The notes under the pieces: generated by a model
Told to the model about the DNA's origin: nothing
Databases searched by the model: none
The model's input: only the letters and a program-made list of their open reading frames with translations
From: the human T2T-CHM13v2.0 reference genome, Homo sapiens
Assembly: GCF_009914755.1 (NCBI RefSeq)
Contig: NC_060948.1
Length of the DNA: 64,000 nt
Strand: one strand, 5' to 3'
Shown here: positions 58,141 to 64,000 of the stretch, piece after piece
How positions within the stretch are numbered: position 1 is the first letter of the stretch
How the letters are laid out: each line of letters opens with the position of its first letter
Program-made: the position numbers and the translations under genes

Positions 58141-58499
58141 TGGAATGCAATGGACTTGAATAGATTGGAAACGGAAAGCAAAGGAATGGAATGGAATAGT
58201 ATGGAATGGAATGGAAAGGAATGGAGTGGAATAGACTAGAGTGGAATGGAATGGACTCGAAAGCAATGGACTGGAATGGAACTTTCTTGAATGGACTGGA
58301 ATCAAACGGAATGGAATGCAATGCAATCAAATGGCATGGAATAAAATAGAATGAAAGAGAATCAAATGGAATTGAATCGAATGGAATCGAATGGATTGGA
58401 AAGGAATAGAATGGAATGGAATGGAATTGACTCAAATGGAATGGACTAGAATGGAATGGATTCGAATGGAAGGCAAAGGAATGGAATCTATTGGAATGG

Positions 58500-61100
58500 A
58501 CTGTAATGGAATGGAATGGAAGTGATTGGAATGGACTCGAATGGAATGGACTGCAATAGAAAGGATTCGAATGGAATGAAAAAGAATTGAATGGAATAGA
58601 ACAGAATGGAATCAAATCGAATGAAATGGAATGGAATAGAAAGGAATGGAATGAAATGGAATGGAAAGGATTCGAATAGAATGCAATCGAATGGAATGCA
58701 ATCGAATGGAATGGAATCGAACGGAATGGAATAAAATGGAAGAAAACTGGCAAGAAATGGAATCGAAATGAATGGAGTGTTATGGAACGGACTCAAAAGG
58801 AATTGAATGTAATAGAATGGAGTGGAGTGGACTCGAATATAATGGACTGGAATGGAATGAAATCACATGGAATGGGAACGAATGGAATGGAATGGAAAGG
58901 AATGGAATGGAAAGGAATGGAATCGAATGGAAAGGAATCGAATGGAAGGGAATGAAATTGAATCAACAGGAATGGAAGGAAGTAGAATAGACGGTAATGG
59001 AATGGACTCGAATAGAATGGACACGAATGCTCAAATTGAATGGACTCGAATGGAATGGAAACGAAAGGAATGTCGTCGAATGGAATTGAATCGATTGGAA
59101 TGAAATCGCATAGAATGGAGTGGAATCAAATGGAATTGAATCGAAAGGAAAGGAAGCGAATGGTCTGAAATGAAATGGAATGGAATTGAATGGAAAGTAA
59201 TGCAAGGGAATAGAATGGAACGAAATTTCACGGAATGGAATCAAACTGAATGGAATCAAATCAATGGAATATAATCAAATGGCATGGAAAGGAATTGAAT
59301 GGAGTAGATTGGATTGGATGGGATTGGAATGAAATGTACTGGAAAGGACTCGAATTTCATGAAATGGAATGGAATGAACTGGAACGGAATGGACTCGAAT
59401 GGAATGGAATGTCATGGAATGGCATCAAATGGAATGGCATCAAATGGAATGGAATCGAATGCAATGGAATGCTATGGAATGGAATGGAATGCATTGGAAT
59501 GGAATGTCCCCTAATGGAATGGATTCGAGTGGAATGGAATCGAATATAATGGAGTCGAATGAAATGGAATTGAAAGGAAAGGGATCGAATACAATGGAAT
59601 ATACTGGAATGTAATGTAATGAACTCGAATGTAATTGACTAGAATGGAATGTACATGAATGGAATGTAATCGAATGGAAAATAATCTCATGGAATAGAAT
59701 CTAATGCAATAAAATCGACTCAAATAGAATAGAATGGAATGGAGTGGAGTGCAGTGCAATGGAATGGAATGGAATGGAATGCAATGGAATGGAATGGAAT
59801 GGGATGGAATGGTATGGGATGGATAGAAATGGACTGGAGTGAAATGGACTGGAAAGTAATGGACTCAAATTGAAAGAGCTCGAAAGAATGGAGTCAAATG
59901 GAATGGTCTGGAATGGAATGAACACGAATGTAATGCAATCCAATAGAATGGAATCGAATGGCATGGAATATAAAGAAATGGAATCGAAGAGAATGGAAAC
60001 GAATGGAATGGAATTGAATGGAATGGAATTGAATGGAATGGGAACGAATGGAGTGAAATTGTATGCAGTAGAAGAGAATAGAATGGAATGCAAGCGAAAT
60101 TAAAGGAATGGATTGGAATGGAATGGAATTCATTGGAATGGAAGGTAATGTATTGCAATGGACAGGCCTTTAATAAAGTGGAATGCTACGGTCTCGAATG
60201 GAATAAAAATGTATGGAATGGAATTCAATGAAACGGAATCGAATGTCATAGAATGTAATGGAATGCAAAAAAATGGAATCCAAAATCATTGACTGGAAAG
60301 GCTGGGTGTCGAAAGGAATTGACTCCAATGGAATGAAATCGAATGGAATGGAAGTGAATAGAATCGAAGTAAATCGAATGGAATGGAATTGTTAGGAACG
60401 GAATGGAAAGGAGTGCAATGATTTGGCATGGAATGGAATCGAATGGCATTGAATGGAGTGGAATGGAATGCAATGGAATGGAATGTATTAGAATGTAATG
60501 AACATTAATGGAATGTACTCGAATGGAATCGACTGGAATGGAATGTTCTGGAAGTGAATGGACTCCAATGGAATGGATTCGAAAGGAATGGAATCTAATG
60601 GAATGGAATTAAATGGAAACGAATCAAATTGAATAGCACGGAATTGAATTGAATGGAATCGAATGCAATGGAATCTAATGAAATGGAAAGGAAAGGAATG
60701 GAATGGAATGGAATGGGCTGGAGTTGAATGGAATCGATACGAATGGAATGGAATAGAACTGAAGAGACTGGAATGGAATTCACTGGAATGGAAGGGAGTG
60801 TAATGGAAGGATCTCGAAAAAAATGGAATCGAATGGAATGGAATTGAATGGAACGGAATAGAGTCGAATGGAATTCAATGGAATTGAATGGACTAGAGTG
60901 AAATGGAATCGAACCACAAGGAATGGACAGGAATAGAATGGTCTCGAATTGAATGGAATCGTATGGAATGACATCAAACGGAATGGAATGGACAGCCACG
61001 GAATGGAATGCACTCGAATGCAATGGAGTCGAAACTAATGGACTGGAATAGAATGGACTCGACTGGTACGGACTCCAATGGAATGGAATCGAAAGGAAGG
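58500..61100 (+). repeat. Strongly diverged DYZ1 segment
   Basis: Dense private substitutions (AAAATAATCTCATGG, AAGAGCTCGAAAGAATGG, GCGAAATTAAAGG, GGCCTTTAATAAAG, GAGTTGAATGGAATCGATAC) and a 1-bp deletion near 59886. Confidence 0.85.
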
Positions 61101-64000
61101 GAATCGAACGGAATGGACTCGAAGGGAAAAGACTGCAATGGAAAGGTCTCGAATGGAATGGAAATTAATGGAATGGAATGGAATCGAATGAAATGGAGTC
61201 AAAAGGAATGGAATCGAATGGCAAGAAATCGAATGTAATGGAATCGCAAGGAATTGATGTGAACGGAACGGAATGGAATGGAATCCAAAGGAATGGAATA
61301 GAATGGAATGGAATCGAATGGAAAGGACTCGAATGGAAATCACTCGAATAGAATGCAATTTAATAAAATAGGATCAAATGTAATGGAATGGAATGGAAAG
61401 GAATCGAAACGAAAGGAATGGAGACAGATGGAATGGAATGGAACAGAGAGCAATGGTATAGAATGGAATGGAATCATCTGGAATGGAATTGAATGGAATG
61501 GAATAACATGAAATGGAATGGAATGGAATGGAATGCCCTTGAATTAAATGGACTGGAATGGAATGGACTCGAACAGAGTGTAATGGAAAGTGTTGAAATA
61601 GAATGGAATGGACTCCTTTGGAATGGTCTAGTATGCAATGCAATCGACTGGCAGGGAATCAAAAGGAATGTAATCGAATGGATTGGACTGGAATGCAATG
61701 GACTCGAATAGACTGGAAACGGAATGCAAAGGAATGGAATGGAATAGTATGGAATGGAATGGAAAGGAATGGAGTGGAATAGACTAGAGTGGAATGGAAT
61801 GGACTGGAAAGCAATGGACTGGAATGGAACATTCTTGAATGGACTGGAATCAAACGGAATGGAATGCAATGCAATCAAATGGCATGGAATCAAATGGAAT
61901 GAAAGGGAATCAAATGGAATTGAATCGAATGGAATCGAATGGATTGGAAAGGAATAGAATGGAATGGAATGGAATTGACTCAAATGGAATGGACTAGAAT
62001 GGAATGGATTCGAATGGAAGGCAAAGGAATGGAATCTATTGGAATGGACTGTAATGGAATGGAATGGAAGGGATTGGAATGGACTCGAATGGAATGGACT
62101 GCAATAGAAAGGATTCGAATGGAATGAAAAAGAATTGAATGGAATAGAACAGAATGGAATCAAATCGAATGAAATGGAATGGAATAGAAAGGAATGGAAT
62201 GAAATGGAATGGAAAGGATTCGAATGGAATGCAATCGAATGGAATGGAATCGAACGGAATGGAATAAAATGGAAGAAAACTGGCAAGAAATGGAATCGAA
62301 ATGAATGGAGTGTTATGGAACGGACTCAAAAGGAATTGAATGTAATAGAATGGAGTGGAGTGGACTCGAATATAATGGACTGGAATGGAATGAAATCACA
62401 TGGAATGGGAACGAATGGAATGGAATGGAAAGGAATGGAATCGAATGGAAAGGAATCGAATGGAAGGGAATGAAATTGAATCAACAGGAATGGAAGGGAA
62501 TAGAATAGACGGTAATGGAATGGACTCGAATAGAATGGACACGAATGCTCAAATTGAATGGACTCGAATGGAATGGAAACGAAAGGAATGTCATCGAATG
62601 GAATTGAATCGATTGGAATGAAATCGCATAGAATGGAGTGGAATCAAATGGAATTGAATCGAAAGGAAAGGAAGCGAATGGACTGAAATGAAATGGAATG
62701 GAATTGAATGGAAAGTAATGCAATGGAATAGAATGGAACGAAATTTCACGGAATGGAATGAAACTGAATGGAATCAAATCAATGGAATCTAATCAAGTGG
62801 AAAGGAAAGGAATTGAATGGAGTAGATTGGATTGGATGGGATTGGAATGAAATGTACTGGAAAGGACTCGAGTTTCATGAAACGGAATGGAATGAATTGG
62901 AACGGAATGGACTCGAATGGAATGGAATGTCATGGAATGGCATCAAATGTAATGGCATCAAATGGAATGGAATCGAATGCAATGGAATGCTATGGAATGG
63001 AATGGAATGCATTGGAATGGAATGTCCTCTAATGGAATAGATTCGAGTGGAATGGAATCGAATATAATGGAGTCGAATGAAATGGAATTGAAAGGAATGG
63101 GATCGAATACAATGGAATATACTGGAATGTAATGTAATGAACTCGAATGTAATTGACTGGAATGGAATGTACATGAATGGAATGTAATCGAATGGAAAGT
63201 AATCCAATGGAATAGAATCTAATGCAATAAAATCGACTCAGATAGAGTAGAATGTAATGGAATTGAGTGCAGTGCAATGGAATGGAATGGAATGGAATGC
63301 AATGGAATGGAATGGAATGGAAAGGAATGGAATGGAATGGGATGGAATGGTATGGAATGGATAGTAATGGACTGGAGTGAAATGGACTGGAAATGAATGG
63401 ACTCAAATTGAAAGGGCTCGAAAGGAATGGAGTCAAAAGGAATGGTCTGGAATGGAATGAACACGAATGTAATGCAATCCAATAGAATGGAATCGAATGG
63501 CATGGAATATAAAGAAATGGAATCGAAGAGAATGGAAACAAATGGAATGGAATTGAATGGAATGGAATTGAATGGAATGGGAACGAATGGAGTGAAATTG
63601 TATGCAGTAGAAGAGAATAGAATGGAATGCAAGCGAAAGGAAAGTAATGGATTGGAATGGAATGGAATTCATTGGAATGGAAGGGAATGTAGTGTAATGG
63701 ACAGGCCTGGAATAAAGTGGAATGCTACGGTCTCAAATGGAATAAAAATGTATGGAATGGAATGCAATGAAACGGAATCGAATGTCATAGAATGTAATGG
63801 AATGCAAAAAAATGGAATCCAAAATCATTGACTGGAAAGGCTGGGTGTCGAAAGGAATTGACTCCAATGGAATGGAATCGAATGGAATGGAAGTGAATAG
63901 AATGGAACTAAATCGAATGGAATGGAATTGATAGGAACGGAATGGAAAGGAATGCAATGATTTGGCATGGAATGGAATCGAATGGCATCGAATGGAATGG

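Larger units (their letters stand above)
1..64000 (+). repeat. DYZ1: Human Satellite III array, DYZ1 (Yq12 ~3.56-kb repeat), about 18 tandem units, GGAAT strand on +
   Basis: Degenerate (GGAAT)n throughout. The landmark CAATTTAATAAAATAGG recurs 18 times with spacings 3513, 3569, 3524, 3539, 3499, 3529, 3549, 3549, 3534, 3549, 3534, 3549, 3529, 3564, 3554, 3554, 3548. GGCC (within AGGCCT) occurs at 3478, 7031, 10570, 14119, 17633, 21147, 24676, 28225, 31774, 35308, 38857, 42391, 45935, 49484, 53038, 56592, 60165 and 63704. Established knowledge: DYZ1 is a ~3.56-kb HaeIII/EcoRI pentamer repeat. Confidence 0.95.

Noticed and set aside
24-63957. Hundreds of ORFs of 60-275 aa on both strands (MEWNG-rich and HSIPF-rich)
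   Set aside because: (GGAAT)n and (ATTCC)n contain no stop codons and translate to these pentapeptides in every frame. The ORFs overlap, recur with the unit period and are broken by stops at random. No protein family is recognisable.
1-64000. CRISPR-like or prokaryotic repeat-spacer system
   Set aside because: There are no unique spacers, no 25-45 bp conserved direct repeats and no cas-like genes; the sequence is continuous primate satellite.
1-64000. DYZ2 (HSat1B)/Alu/L1 insertion or array inversion
   Set aside because: I saw no long AT-rich block, Alu-like sequence or switch to (ATTCC)n on the + strand.
1-64000. HSat2 or autosomal (9q12-type) HSat3 assignment
   Set aside because: The dominant word is GGAAT rather than the HSat2 CATTCGATTC/ATGATG pattern, and the ~3.55-kb HaeIII period with DYZ1-type landmarks points to Yq12.
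1-64000. Abundant TCGA/CpG and TGAAT/CAAAT variants
   Set aside because: This is an ordinary HSat3 feature consistent with methyl-CpG decay; it is not a CpG island or promoter.

Overview
The whole 64 kb window is one uninterrupted tandem array of human Satellite III, (GGAAT)n on the + strand, organised as a ~3.5 kb higher-order unit. The unit length (3,499-3,573 bp), the one HaeIII/StuI site and usually one canonical EcoRI site per unit, and matches to the sequences I recall as the Y1.1/Y1.2 sexing primers identify it as DYZ1 (HSat3) of Yq12 heterochromatin. There are about 18 units. I saw no strand inversion, no DYZ2/Alu/L1 interruption and no credible gene; all listed ORFs are translations of the pentamer (MEWNG/HSIPF). 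I found no novel protein-coding system. What is informative is the array's structure: three perfect heat-shock elements per unit, each made by a single inverted pentamer; a unit shortened by ~695 bp at the window start; flank/core subfamily layering; a 7,083-bp dimeric higher-order repeat with incongruent markers; a recent near-identical triplication; and one strongly diverged unit at the edge of the core. All comparisons were made by eye, without alignment tools.
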